Shown piece by piece: positions 17,500 through 33,119 of a stretch of 64,000 nt of DNA (its first letter is position 1; every line of letters begins with the position of its first letter). The DNA is from the human T2T-CHM13v2.0 reference genome, Homo sapiens. The translations under genes were made by a program, and so were the position numbers. Location: assembly GCF_009914755.1 (NCBI RefSeq), contig NC_060931.1. The stretch is one strand, 5' to 3'. The notes under the pieces were generated by a model. That model searched no databases. It had not been told where the DNA came from and saw only the letters and a program-made list of their open reading frames with translations.

Positions 17500-17887
17500 C
17501 TGTGTAAGTCATATGTTGCTACATAACAAATTATGTGTTGGTTGAGGTTGTAGTCATCTAAGGGCTAAACTGGAGCTCAAGGTTCTATTTTCAATGTTGC
17601 TAAACCTCATGAATAGTAAGATGAAACTAGCTGTTGGGAGGAAGTCCTCAGTTTTCCCTCCATGTGAGCTTGTTAAGGGCTGTTTGAATGTCATGGTACC
17701 TGGCTTCCCATAGAATGAGCAATCCAAAAGAGCAAGGCACAGGCTACAGTGCCTTTTGTTACAGTAGCCTAGGATGTCATTCCATCACATAGACCAGACC
17801 TGTTTCAGGGTGGAACGGTATTATGCAAGGGGATGAATAAGAAGAATTATGGATCACTGGGGGTCGCCTTGGAGCCTGGCTATCACA
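17500..17887 (-). mobile_element. MLT1H-like MaLR LTR
   Basis: GGATCACTGGGGGTCGCCTTGGAGCCTGGCTATCACA terminus. Confidence 0.75.
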
Positions 17888-18029
17888 CTATCTTAAACCA
17901 ATAGCCACTGCCTCATCTATGCTGAAACTTGGAATGGACAACTGTTGGTTCACTACATTACTATCCCCACAAAACCCCCTATTTTAGTGACATCCACTCA
18001 CCACAAACCAAATGGGTGCACCAGATACC

Positions 18030-18785
18030 TGCTGCTTATAGAAACTGACTCAAGGTCATGATCACATTTTTTGGTCACATGACTCAGACTAGGCCAAGCA
18101 GTCTCTCTTTTCTATAAATTTGCCTTGGGACAAGGAGTTTCCAATATAAGTCTTGCTATTTTCTTGAAAGAAAATGTTTTAAACTCAGAATTGGCTAGTG
18201 GTCATTTTGCAGCTTAAGAGAAAAAAGAAGCAATGTACAAAAAGAAATAGATGAGAACTGGAGGGAGAATGTACACAGAAGTGGTTTTTGGTTGGTTGCC
18301 CATGCAGTATCTGTTTTATCTTTCAAAATTCCCGGCATATCTATATTTCCTTTTGGTGATATTAGAGATGCTGATATCACTCCTGACTTGTGGAGGAAAC
18401 CACATAACCAAAGCACAGTTGATGATCACATTCCATCTTCAGGACACAGCTATGGCCTGGGGAACTTGCAAGCATAGTTTGGTCTCAGAAACTCTCAGGT
18501 TTTTTAAAGACATTTGCTCTTTCCTGAAAGAATGAGAATACAAGGTAGCCTTAGGGTCTATTCGCTGCCATACTGAGATTAGGCTTAGGATAAATCTGGC
18601 ATTGAGAAAGGTAGTGGAAAAAAAAAAAAAGAAAATTGGTCCTTGTTGATATATTGAGAAACTATGGTTGGCTTTATATGAAGCCTCACCTGTCTCTGGA
18701 CTTCTCAGTTATATGAGCCAATAAAGAGCCATTATTTTTCTGAAAGCTAGGGGAATTTTTATTTTGCAAATATAAAAATGTAAGA
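18030..18785 (+). mobile_element. MLT1J/K-like MaLR fragments
   Basis: GGTCACATGACTCAGACTAGGCCAA and CTCTGGACTTCTCAGTTATATGAGCCAATAAA. Confidence 0.6.
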
Positions 18786-19538
18786 ATACCTTTTTTTCTT
18801 TTTTCAAAATTTTGCTGGGAGAAAATAACAATAATTCCCAGATCTCTGGAAGGAGCCTAATGTGAGAATATTTTTAGTCTTGGCGATATTTTCACATTTC
18901 TTTTATTTACAGAGTTTCTTTTCTCCCTTCTTATAGTTTAGAGGAGAAGGCCTCTAATTATCCAGGCTTTACCCACAATGGGAATAGTTTTCTCTCCATA
19001 TAATCATCAACCTAACAAAAAGCCTTAGCTATGTCTTCTGGCTTACAGAATACAGTTTGAATTCATGTCCATTTTACACATAAGATTGTTTTTCTGTATT
19101 TCTGTATTTTTTTCCCTACTCAAACTTCTAATTAAAAATTCAAATCTACAGAATGTTGAAAGAATATTGCAAAGAACAACCATAAATACTTGACCTAGAT
19201 TGAGCCCATTGTTAATAATATTTTGCCACATTTGCTCTATCTATCTTCCTACTCTCCTCTGTGTGGATACATACACAAACATAGACACAAATTTTGTTTT
19301 AGTTATCTACTGCTGGAATTCGCACACCCTCACACCTAGTGGCTTAAAATGCAATTTATTATTGCCTTTCATGCTTTCCTGGGCTGATTGGGATTAGGTA
19401 GGTGGTTTTTGCTTGGGGTCTCTCATGTGATATATATTTAGCAGTGGCTGTCGCTAAGGTTGGCTATTTGTTTCAGTTAACTGAACACCTAAGATGGTCC
19501 ACTCGCACTGCTATCATCTGTTGACCAGAGTGGCCTCC

Positions 19539-20073
19539 TGTATTAACTGTATTTTCATGTTTTCTTTATTTTTGATGCACTGGAATCTGGTGTTTTGTTG
19601 CCTGGGGAGATAACGCCCCTCGTAGGCTAGCCAATTATTAGATATAGCAAACAACATGGCCAGCAGGGTGCCTTAATATGCGAATTAAGCAATTCAGAGC
19701 CCATACTCTGAACTACTTCCTCTAGCTGGCTCTTACGTCCCAGTAGACAATATTCCTATTTCCTAATCATCTTAAAGCCAATTACCAGGCAAGCAGTGAT
19801 AAGCCCTAGACCACAGAGCCTGCTGAAGTTATTCAAACTAGTCAATCCTCAGCCTGCTAATCCTGCCTTGCCTTTCTCACGAAAACCACAAGAAAGTCTC
19901 CTGCCCATGTTTCCCCCTCCCCACTTGTCTCTCCTGAATGACCCTGGTGATTCCCCGCGTGCATGCCTCTCCTCTTGGAATCTGTGAGTGACAAACTACT
20001 TTGAATGGTAGTCATCTCTTGATCTGTCAGCCTCATTATACCTAAATAATAATAAAACCCACATTTAAAAACA
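19539..20073 (+). mobile_element. MER74-like ERVL LTR
   Basis: TGTATTAAC start, GGCTAGCCAATT..AGATATAGCAAAC, terminal AATAAAACCCACATTTAAAAACA. Confidence 0.75.
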
Positions 20074-21306
20074 ACTTTCTATGTGGCTTAGCCTTCTCAC
20101 AGTAAGGTGAATGTCTATAGGACATAGAAGCTTCCAATCTCTTAATGCTTGGGCCCAGAAACTGGCACAGCACACTTCTACCACATTCTATTGGTCAGAG
20201 CAGTCACAGAGCCTGTGCCATTAAAGGGCAGGGTACATGGACCACCTTCTATTGGAATAAATGTCAAAGAATTTGTGGCCATCCTTAGTCTGCCATAGTC
20301 TATCTTAAGTCCACAAATTATTTCTATGGCTCCTATATGTGAAATTTATTCAACCTCTTCTCATTTCTAAGATCCCAGTATCTCATAACTATTAAAGCAT
20401 CAGTCTAGGAGTTTGTCACTGAATTCAGGTCCAGATGCAGATGAAGTTACTTGAACATGATTCCTTGGGTCTAGGTGCAGTGAACATCCTTGGATGTTGC
20501 TTGTTGAGTATAACTGCTTACCATCTGAAGACCTTGCCACTAAAGAGATAAGTTATTTGCTGTTCACAGACCCAACATACAATAGTGAAGCCGAGATTGA
20601 ATAATCAAAATAGATATTCCCTTGGAAGGGGAGGAGAGAATGGGAAATGGAGTCATATAATAGTCACTGGTTTATAGCAATTCTGAAATCCAGCTGAGAG
20701 CCTGTCGCTGTTAATTAGGGCCTATTCCTATTCACTGGGAATAATTCTGTGAGGTTCCTGACTCTATCATCCACACTCTTAATTCTATTGGCTGAGTCAT
20801 CCTCCCTTTTGGGTAAGAAATTTCCTATATGTGCAACTGAATAGATTTCTCAGCTTTCTCCCTGCCCTTAGAAGGTTGGGGAACCACAGGCCTATTTTTA
20901 TGTTGTGCTGCCTCTGCTCCATAGTTTTCTATGAATCATATTGGGGTTCTCTCCATTATCTAAACACCAGACCCACAGATCTCTTTAGACAGACTCTCCC
21001 CTATCTTGAGCTCAGTGTGAAGCTTCTGTGGGACAGTGCCCTAAGGGTTCCTCGAAGCCTGCTGTTTAATACAGAGGGACTACAAAGAACATTCTTCAGT
21101 TCCTTAGAAAGTTTTTTGTTTAACTGAAATAGTCAATTAGATCTTTCTGTCTTATAGAAACAAAGGGTTCTACAGAGGTACCCAAGATTGATCTCTGCCC
21201 CAAATTCATGTCTTGTTTTGTGTTTGTTTATTTGTTTGTTTGTTTGTTTTTTCTGGGAAAGGCTAGAAACAGTTTTTTTCCTTCATGGTATTTTATCATA
21301 AAGAGT

Positions 21307-21773
21307 GTATTAGTTTTCAAGTGCTACCATAACAAGCTGCCATAAACTGATTGGTTTAAAACAACAGAAATTTGTTCTCTCACAGTTCCGGAGGCTGGAA
21401 GTCCAAAATCAAGTGTTGGTAGGGCCGTCCCCTCTCTGGAGATTCTAGGGGAGAACCTCTCCTATTCTCTTAGCTTCTGGTGTTGCCAAAAATCCGTGGT
21501 GTGTTCCTTGGTTATTAGACACATCTCTGCAATCTTTGCCTCTATTGTAACATGGCATTCTTCTGCTGTCTTTCCGTGTGTTGATGTCTCTTCTCTTCCT
21601 TATAAGGACACAAATCATACAGGACTATGGCTTACCTTAATGATCTCATCTTAACTTTATTACATATGGACAGACACTTTTTTTTTTTTTTTCAAATAAG
21701 GTTAAATTTACAGGTACCTGAGGGCTAAGACTTCAACATTATTTTCTTAGGGGACACAATTCAACCTAAAACA
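21307..21773 (-). mobile_element. MLT1B/C MaLR LTR
   Basis: TGTATTAGTTTTC...AAACAACAGAAATTTGTTCTCTCACAGTTCCGGAGGCTGGAAGTCC...GGGGACACAATTCAACCTAAAACA. Confidence 0.88.
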
Positions 21774-22046
21774 GGCAAACTAGAAGAAGCCAGTTTCCGC
21801 TTTTAAAATTCCTCCTGGAAATCTTCCCAGCTAGATTGGCAAGCTTACTAGGTACCCTTTCTATTTTCTTTTTATTGCAGGTACCAGTACTGCCAAACTT
21901 TTCTTATTCTGCCACAAGAATCCCCTTCTCTCCATCTTATACTCACATTTTCAAACCTTTACCAACTGTCTTCTCAAGGTTCTTCCAACTTCTGCCTACC
22001 ACTCAGTTTCAAAGTCAATGCCACGTTTGGTGTTTTGATACAACAG

Positions 22047-22121
22047 TCTCTCTCTCTCCACACATACGTACATGCTCAGTTGTATATATATATTTACACA
22101 CACACAAATACACATACACAG

Positions 22122-22155
<34 letters not shown>
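22047..22155. repeat. Compound (TC)/(CA)/(TA) microsatellite
   Basis: Visible dinucleotide runs; (TA)n at ~22128-22155. Confidence 0.9.
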
Positions 22156-22741
22156 GGTAAGACTTATTTTTGGACATGAAGATACTAATGATACTGCATA
22201 AAAATCATCCTTCAGTACTTTGGCAAATGTGATCTAAGAATTTGGTTGTTTCCTTTCATTATTACAGTACAATTACTTGATTCAAAAAATTTAACTTGAT
22301 ACATCTTCAAATTTCCCATTTCCCATTTACAGTTTTTTAAAATCTGGAACCCAATTAAGAATGTCACATTTCAAAGATTTATGTCATTTTTGTTTAATTA
22401 ATAATAATTTCTCACCTTTATTTTTTGTCTTTCATAATATTATCATTTCAAAAGAGTCCAGGCCAGTTGTTTTTCAGAATGTCACCTTCGTCTCCAAATT
22501 TCCCCAGACTATATAAACTGCTGATATTTGGTCACTTTTGACCTATAAAAACAAATTCTTATGATTCAACATAATAAATAGTTGATACAGCCTATCTATA
22601 CCAGCAAGGTATAGAGCCATATAATAGCATTTTCATTATTAGTGGTTTTATTAAATTTAATAAGTGGTTAATGTTAATATCTACTCGAGTTTTCCATTGA
22701 AAATTTGTTATCTTACTTTGTAATTAATAATCTCTGAAGTG

Positions 22742-23064
22742 GGCTGGGCATGGTGACTCATGCCTGTAATCCCAGCATTTTGGAAGGCCTAAGTGGGTGG
22801 ATCACTTGAGGTCAGGAGTTTGAGACCAGCCTGGCCAACATGGTGAAACCCTGTCTCTACTAAAAATACAAAAAAAAAAAAAAAAAATCAGCCAGGCATG
22901 GTGGCACACACCTGTAGTTCTAGCTACTTGGGAGGCTGAGGCACAAGAATTTCTTGAACCCTGGAGTTGGAGGTTGTAGTGAGTCGAGATCACACTACTG
23001 CACTCCAGCCTGGGTGACAGAGCAAGACTCTGTCTCAAAAAAAAAAAAAAAAAAAAAAAAAAAG
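22742..23064 (+). mobile_element. Alu (AluS-type) with expanded middle A-tract
   Basis: TSD AATCTCTGAAGT at 22729-22740 and 23065-23076. Confidence 0.96.
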
Positions 23065-23374
23065 AATCTCTGAAGTTACACTTTTGAAATGTTCTAAATA
23101 ATGTATTTTCCAAAACTTTTGCTCAATGGTTTAATAATTCATTGAGAATTCTTTTTGTATCAATGATTGTAATACAGTTGGAAAACAGTGGTTTTTTTTA
23201 TCTCTATCATTCCTTCAATCTTTAGTAGTTGGTTTTCTTTTTTTCCCCTGCAAACCTATTTGTTCATATTATAAACTAATCTGATAATAGTTTCTTGACA
23301 TGACAACTAAAAGCATGCAAAATTGTACAAATACTTGCCTTGAGAATTACATTTTTTAAGAAATTAAATGATTT

Positions 23375-24344
<970 letters not shown>

Positions 24345-24580
24345 ACTTAGTAGAATACAAACAGTAAGTAAATGAAACTGGTTATGCAACTTTTTATCTA
24401 GCATAATCTCATTAAATACATATATATGTATATATATTTATATTTATATGGTACAAAGATTGGAAGAAAATATTAACAAACCATTAAGTATTTATCTAAG
24501 GAGGCTGGGATTGCAGGTGATTTTCATAGTCTTATTAATATTTTTGTGAATGTCACACATTTTGTATAATAAAAATTTAC

Positions 24581-24872
<292 letters not shown>

Positions 24873-25607
24873 TTACATAGAAATTATTTTTAATAAAAAT
24901 TGTAGATAATTGATAAAAAGAAAAAAGTAATATAAGTTTCACTGAGAGAGTCACATGGTTAGCATCTTAGACCTGACGCTATCTCTAAATGGTTGAATCT
25001 ACATTATTAACTAATCTCTGATGGAGAGGGGAAAATAGTTAATTCATAATCTCCTTTAAATGTCTAATATCTTGTAGTTCTATCGCCAATTTACCAGGCC
25101 AAAATATTTCCTTGTCATATTAACTAGAGCTTAATAAACATTCCATAAAAAAATCTGTATGTTTTTGACCCTTTTGATTTAAGAGTAGAATTACATGGAA
25201 GATCAGTAGGATTATCAATCTGCCTCTAATAATATATAACATGAATGCATCACATTACCACTATTACAACTGCTAGTATAAAATTTTCTCCTATCTTCAA
25301 AAAACTTTAGTAAACACAAAAGTCTTACTTTAATACTATCCTGATTTTGAGTATATCATATAAAAATTATATATTTAGGCTTTTAATTTTTTCAGAAACT
25401 AAAATCTTCAGAATAGTATTTAGGAAAGTACTGTAAATTCTAACTATAAAGCCAGAATGCATTTTAAGTTGATTTGAGAAATGGTTTCATCATATATAGC
25501 AATAAGAATAAGAATTCCTAATGTCTTTACTCAGAAAAATGCCCTATTTTTAGCTTCCTTGAAATATACCTACAGTAATTAAGCTAACACTAAATATATA
25601 TGGCAGT

Positions 25608-26464
<857 letters not shown>

Positions 26465-27013
26465 GCAGCCAAAAGAGACTAGAAATAAACGTGCATTTTT
26501 TTCAGAATTTTTGCTCAATACTAATCAATACTACTTAATTAAATATATAGATTTGTGTTAATTGTTAAAAGGACTAAATTACTGAGTTGAATGGATTGCT
26601 TCTATGGGTCTGTCCCACATTCACCATATTGTTATTCACTTGTCTTTTGTATGTGTTTTTTTTGTTTGTTTTTGCTGTGGCTGTGAAAATAGCCATCATC
26701 TTCTAAAGTGCTATTATATAATCAAATTATAGGGAAGAAAACTTAAAATTAAAAAATATGAAGAAATTAAGTAGTTAACTTGTTGATATGCAAATTTTGG
26801 TAAATTACAAAATTTGTCCCTATAGATTATGTGTTTTCACAGGAACAGAGCTCTAAATTGATTGCTCTTATTGAAGGATCCAGCTTATAGGAGAATTTCT
26901 AAATAAAAACAATGTGCCATAAGAGATCTTGAAATGTTTGGATTTTTATGCATACCTGTTTGGTGTATAGTATAAAGATTTTGCAATTTAAAATTATGAA
27001 AGGAAGAAGGGTA

Positions 27014-27240
27014 CAAGTTGAGCATCCCAAATCTGAAAATCTGAAATCCAAAATGCACCAAAATATGAAACTTTTTGAGTACTGATAGGATGCTCAAAGG
27101 AAATTTGCATTTTGAATTTTGGATTTTCAGATTGAGGATGCTCATCCGGTAAATACAATGCAAATAATCCAAAATCTGAAAATAATATGAAACCTGAAAC
27201 ACTTCTAGTCCCCAGAATTTTGGATGAGGGATACTCAATT
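27014..27240 (+). mobile_element. Tigger4a/MER46-type TcMar-Tigger MITE
   Basis: GTTGAGCATCCCAAATCTGAAAATCTGAAATCC ... TTTTGGATGAGGGATACTCAA terminal inverted repeats. Confidence 0.9.
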
Positions 27241-27517
27241 TTGGATAAGAGATATCTTATGTCAGTATACAATTGACAGTATTCCTATCTTGCAATGTTC
27301 TGAGTGAACTTGTCTTGGCTTCAGGGGCTTTACAATTCTAGTAACTACAATGTCTAGTTCATTATGTATTTTTGTTAAAAATGCTAAATAAAATGCCATT
27401 ATCTTCAGTTTGCATAATATTTATTTGTCATTTAAAAACTCTAGTTTTACATAATAATTTAAAAATGAGACTATTAATCCACATGCTGGTTCACTGCAGA
27501 TTGTCCACCTACAGGAG

Positions 27518-28276
<759 letters not shown>

Positions 28277-28640
28277 GGGAGATTAGCAAAGACGACTGCC
28301 TAGCTTTGTTTGTAGTCTTATTTCACATTATTTTCTTGTAATGAATGGATGATAAAAATAACATTGAATTATGTACACATACTTAATTCAAAATATATAA
28401 GATAGAACACTTTATAAAACTTCAGCCACAATTTAAAAAAATCAAGTTATATTTCATATTGAGAAAATCTGCTCAAAGAAAACTAAATGTGTCTAGATGA
28501 GGCAGATAATTGGTGAGGTAACTGAAGAGGTAATATTTATTCTTCTTTTCCTTCATAATTTCATTGAACCCTCAAAGAGAAAAAAGTTAATATGTTAATG
28601 AACTCACTGTAAAAAATTTCAGCATATGTATTTCTCTATA

Positions 28641-28701
28641 TAATCACTAAAGAACTACATATCACTATATATCACTATAGAAATCACTATAATCACTATA
28701 A
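28641..28701. repeat. Imperfect tandem repeat, unit ATCACTATA (5 copies)
   Basis: Units start at 28643, 28661, 28671, 28683 and 28692. Confidence 0.85.
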
Positions 28702-28847
28702 AATTAACAGAAAAACCCAAGTAACAATTCCTTTATTTTTTTTACAGCGACTTCAAACCATAAATAGCCATGATAAAACACTATCCTTTTTGACATGAAT
28801 ACAGTATTTTTCATTCTTTTTTCTTCTTAGAATTCCATTTATTTCAG

Positions 28848-28970
28848 AGTCATTATGGAGCAAGCACTACAAGTACAAACAAAGAAATATAAGATTCTAC
28901 ATTATTTTGGTCCAAACATGCGTATTTCAGGAATGCTGAATTTATCAGTAACCATTTCCACACAGGAAAG
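28848..28970 (+). other. Candidate internal exon (123 nt), unknown transcript
   Basis: Pyrimidine tract with TTTCAG| acceptor (alternative AG at 28830) and AAG|GTATGT donor; one open frame. Confidence 0.3.
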
Positions 28971-29949
28971 GTATGTTAAGTTATAATTTTAAAGCTTACC
29001 TCATTTCAAATTTACAGCCTGAGGTTTGATGTGAAATTGCAGAATGAACAAAAGCATAATCTGGGGGTATATATGACACAAAAGAAAGCAGGTAATTAAA
29101 AAGGAATTTGTAACATCCACATAGAAATATATTGTCGTGGATATTTAATCATTAGTCTACTGTGTTTTAAACTAAGCAGAAGCAATACTGTAGAGTATTA
29201 ACCATTCAATTTGCACAGCAGTACGTCTGCATGAATTTATTTAGCAAAGCCACTTTCATTATTTTGACACATTAGAAAAAAATGGTTCTGTCTAATTGGC
29301 CTTCAAACTCCCACTTCTACCAGGTTGGTGTGTTAGTCTATTATTATTTCACATGATATGTGCTATGTGGCACTCAGCGAACACAGCCTAGTTTCAGATC
29401 TGCTAACGAAGTTCATTGTGCCATCCATGTATTCCCTTTAATCGCATTCCTCTCCTTCTTTGGCGTGATTATAAAAGCATACATCTTCAAAGGAAGTAAA
29501 GAAAGACATTAAATCTCAAGTAGTGTTCTCTATATAAACCCAGGTGGAATTGCACTGTTTGAACAGCTGATGCAGTTTTGAAGACTGAATTGAGAGGCAA
29601 AAGCACACCGTGTCTTCATTTCATTACCTGCAAGTAGTTTTATTAGTCTATTACTGAGAATTGTCCAATACTCATATTCTATTAAAAGTCAGAATGAATT
29701 AAAATGATTTCATAGGAAAAATAATCTAAAAAACATGTAATCTTTGTCCTATGACCACATGACAGCTTCACTTGTATATCAACAGATGCTTTAAAGAGCC
29801 TGTTAGGTGATCCCACTGCAAAGCATTTTCTATATTCCAAGCACTATTTCCTATTTCTCTTTTCTTTTCAAACTTCTTTCAGGTCCTTACTGTTTCCTTA
29901 ATCTTATTTATTATCTTGCATTATATTTGATTTTTCCAATGGGAAACAC

Positions 29950-30318
29950 TCATTTAGGAACTCTGAATTCCTCCCTTCCTAAGTAAGAACCTATCTACAT
30001 CTGTACATAAGTACCCTGCCTTCTCCAGTATTATGGATTGTCACCCTGCTTTTATCAAAGGCTGACTTTAACTGCCCTGCTTTAGTTCTGGAACCCATCC
30101 CCTCTTACCACCTCAGCAACTTTGTTTCTATAATTACTTTCTTCCTGCCATCATCAGTTTCTTCCTATCCATTGTGCTATTTCTCTCAGCATACAAACAT
30201 GTTTTAGTATCACTTAAAACAAGTAAACCCCTCTGAGGCTCATCCTCTCCAACTGCCTCACCTTTACTCCTCTTCATAACAAAACATCCTCCTATGGTTA
30301 CTGTCTCCACATCATTTT
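29950..30318 (+). mobile_element. L2 fragment
   Basis: CCCATCCCCTCTTACCACCTCAGCAACTTTG, CAGCATACAAACATG. Confidence 0.7.
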
Positions 30319-30319
30319 T

Positions 30320-30663
30320 AAAAAATTATTTAACGTAATTTAATTACTTACTTAATTAATTAATTAATTTTGAGACAGGGTCTCGCTCCATCGCCCAGGC
30401 TGGAGTGCAGCGGCATCATCACTGCTCACTGCAACCTCCTCCTCCAGGGCTCACATGATCCTCCCATGTCGGCCTCCTGAGTAGCTGGAACTGCAGGTGC
30501 ACACATCACCATGCCCAGCTAATTTTTATATTTTTTTATATTTTTTGTAGAGATGGGGTTTTGCCATGTTGCCCAGGCTGGTATCCAACTCCTGGGCTCA
30601 AGTTATCTGTCTGTCTGGGCCTTTCAAAGTGCTAGAATTACAGGCATGAGCCACTATGCCTAA
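30320..30663 (-). mobile_element. AluJ with (TAAT)n tail
   Basis: J diagnostics; TSD CTCCACATCATTT on both sides. Confidence 0.94.
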
Positions 30664-30914
30664 CTCCACATCATTTATTATTTGCATTTTGCTGTTTTTA
30701 CTTCTCTTAATTCTGACTCACTTTTTCTTCAGAGATGTTTCAAAACAGACGTCAGACATCATATCTGTTTGTTCATAAATACTTCATATGTATCCCCCCA
30801 GTAAAGCCATTTAAAAATAACTACAATATTATTACTACACCAAAATAACAGTAATCCTGAATAAGCTAATATGCAATTAATTCAATATTTCTTAATTGTC
30901 TTAAAAATATAGTG

Positions 30915-31340
<426 letters not shown>

Positions 31341-31689
31341 TACACAGTTCCATTACCCTTTTAAAATGCCACTTATTTGTTGAAGCAACTGAATCATGTC
31401 TCCCATGGAATTTGGCTGATTATTACATCTTCTTCGTGTCATTTAACATGTCTTTCTATCCCCCATGTCTCCTGAGAGCTGAGAGTTAGATCTAGTGACT
31501 TAATTAGATTAATATTTGACTTTCTTTTGGGCTGAAATGCCAATATTGGCTTGTCAGTAACATTGCCCAAAAGCTCTATAAAAAAATCTTCATTTTACCC
31601 CCAGTTTTCCACTTTAAAAATTTATTTTTGAGGCTCTAACAGTAACACTCTACCTCATTTATTTTTTCATGTTCAACAGATAACTTCTG

Positions 31690-32230
31690 TGCTACTTCAA
31701 AATGAAAACCGATTGACAAAAATTCCTCAACATCCTACCAGTGAGTTAATAAATCTGCCCCCATAAACACCTGTGCTTTTGTTAAAATTGAAATAATAGT
31801 TTTTCCTATATAAGACTCATTTCTCCCTTCTCAGGGGAATTACTTCATTGATTTCTCTCTTCTAGGTCAACCTATTTTTCTTTCTGCTTTTACCTCATTA
31901 GCATTTTAACATGCTCTCATTTAAAAAATGATCAAAGAACTCCCTTTTAGTCCTTCAACCTTCTCCAGCTATCTCTTTCATTCTGATTCATGGCAAAACA
32001 CTTTGAAGAAATTTTCTACACTCATCATGAATTCTTTCTTACCTCCCACTCACTTCTCAACCCATTGCAATCTGGCTTCTTCCCACCAACAATTCCATTG
32101 AAATGACAGTTGCCAAGGAAATCAGCAATTTCCACATCAGTAAATCAAATGAGCACTTTTCAGTTCTTATCTCGGTTTATCGGCTGGAAGTATTTGACAG
32201 ACTTATGACTCTTCTTTTCTTGTAAAGTTT
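31690..32230 (+). mobile_element. L2 fragment
   Basis: ACCTCCCACTCACTTCTCAACCCATTGCAATCTGGCTTC. Confidence 0.75.
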
Positions 32231-32981
32231 CTCTGTTTTGTTAGAAGATAAGATAATCTTGGCATACCCAAAACCAATAAAACAAACAAAACCCAGCACT
32301 CTCAGCTATATAGGGAGCTACCCCAAAATGCATGATTTTACCATTTGCCACTTCTATTGGAGTGCCATAATTACCGTATGAGGATCTCTAAATGAATACT
32401 TTTGAATGTAGTATGGTCATAGATCCAAGACTTGTTCTGCCTCTATCTTTTATAATTTCAACTTTTGCTATAAATACTCAGACTAATTCCTAATGTCCAC
32501 TTTCTTCATACAGAGGGTTTTAATCAGATAGTCAACTGCTTAGGAGGAGAGTCACTGTATTTAAAAGAACTATATTCTTTTATTTTACTCTGGGCAGACA
32601 AGATCTTAGATTTTCTGTCCTTAAAAGCCAGTTAATTAAGACAGTGAATAGAGTATAGAAATGGAATTTTTGACCACTATATCTAAGAAATGTTTACGCA
32701 GTTGATAAGGCAATATTGTTTTCTAAATACTTGAGCACCACGGAATGAATTAAGAATGAATTAGAAAAATGAATACCAGGGCTAGATAGCTCCTGTTGGA
32801 CAAGCCACTTTTATATTAAAATAATTAGCTACATTCTCATAATTCTATTATATACATTAGAGCAGCCTGATTCTTATTGCTCATTTGTAAGTAAAACATT
32901 TTGTAGCCAAAGAAAGTAATTAATTAATTAAAAATTCATATTGAGTAAAACTTTTCAATAAAAATACCTTGTGATTTCTCT

Positions 32982-33116
32982 GAGGCTGAGGCAGGAGGAT
33001 CACTTGAGTCCAGGAGTTCAAGGCTGTACTGCACGATGATCACGCCTGTGAACAGCTAGTGCTTTCCAGCCTGGACAACATAATGGGAAGTTGTCTCTGA
33101 AAGAAAAAGAAAAAAG
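32982..33116 (+). mobile_element. FAM (fossil Alu monomer), 5'-truncated
   Basis: Retains the 7SL-derived GATGATCACGCCTGTGAACAGC segment that dimeric Alus lack. Confidence 0.85.
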
Positions 33117-33119
33117 CAT

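Larger units (their letters stand above)
19298..22045 (-). mobile_element. MLT1 LTR (19298-20297) plus MLT1-int, interrupted by MER74 and MLT1B
   Basis: CCACATTCTATTGGTCAGAGCAGTCACAG LTR motif; internal motifs ACTAAAGAGATAAGTTAT and CTCTGCCTACCACTCAGTTTCAAAGTCAATGCCAC-like. Confidence 0.7.
19110..23280 (-). mobile_element. L1MC-type 3' region split by nested insertions (pieces ~19110-19290, ~22160-22740, ~23065-23280)
   Basis: TTCAAATCTACAGAATGTTGAAAGAATA...ATTTTGCCACATTTGCT antisense L1MC terminus, continuing after the MaLR. Confidence 0.6.

Noticed and set aside
28641-28701. Short repeated units that could suggest a CRISPR-like array
   Set aside because: The 9-bp units have little or no spacer and lie in primate DNA; simple tandem repeat
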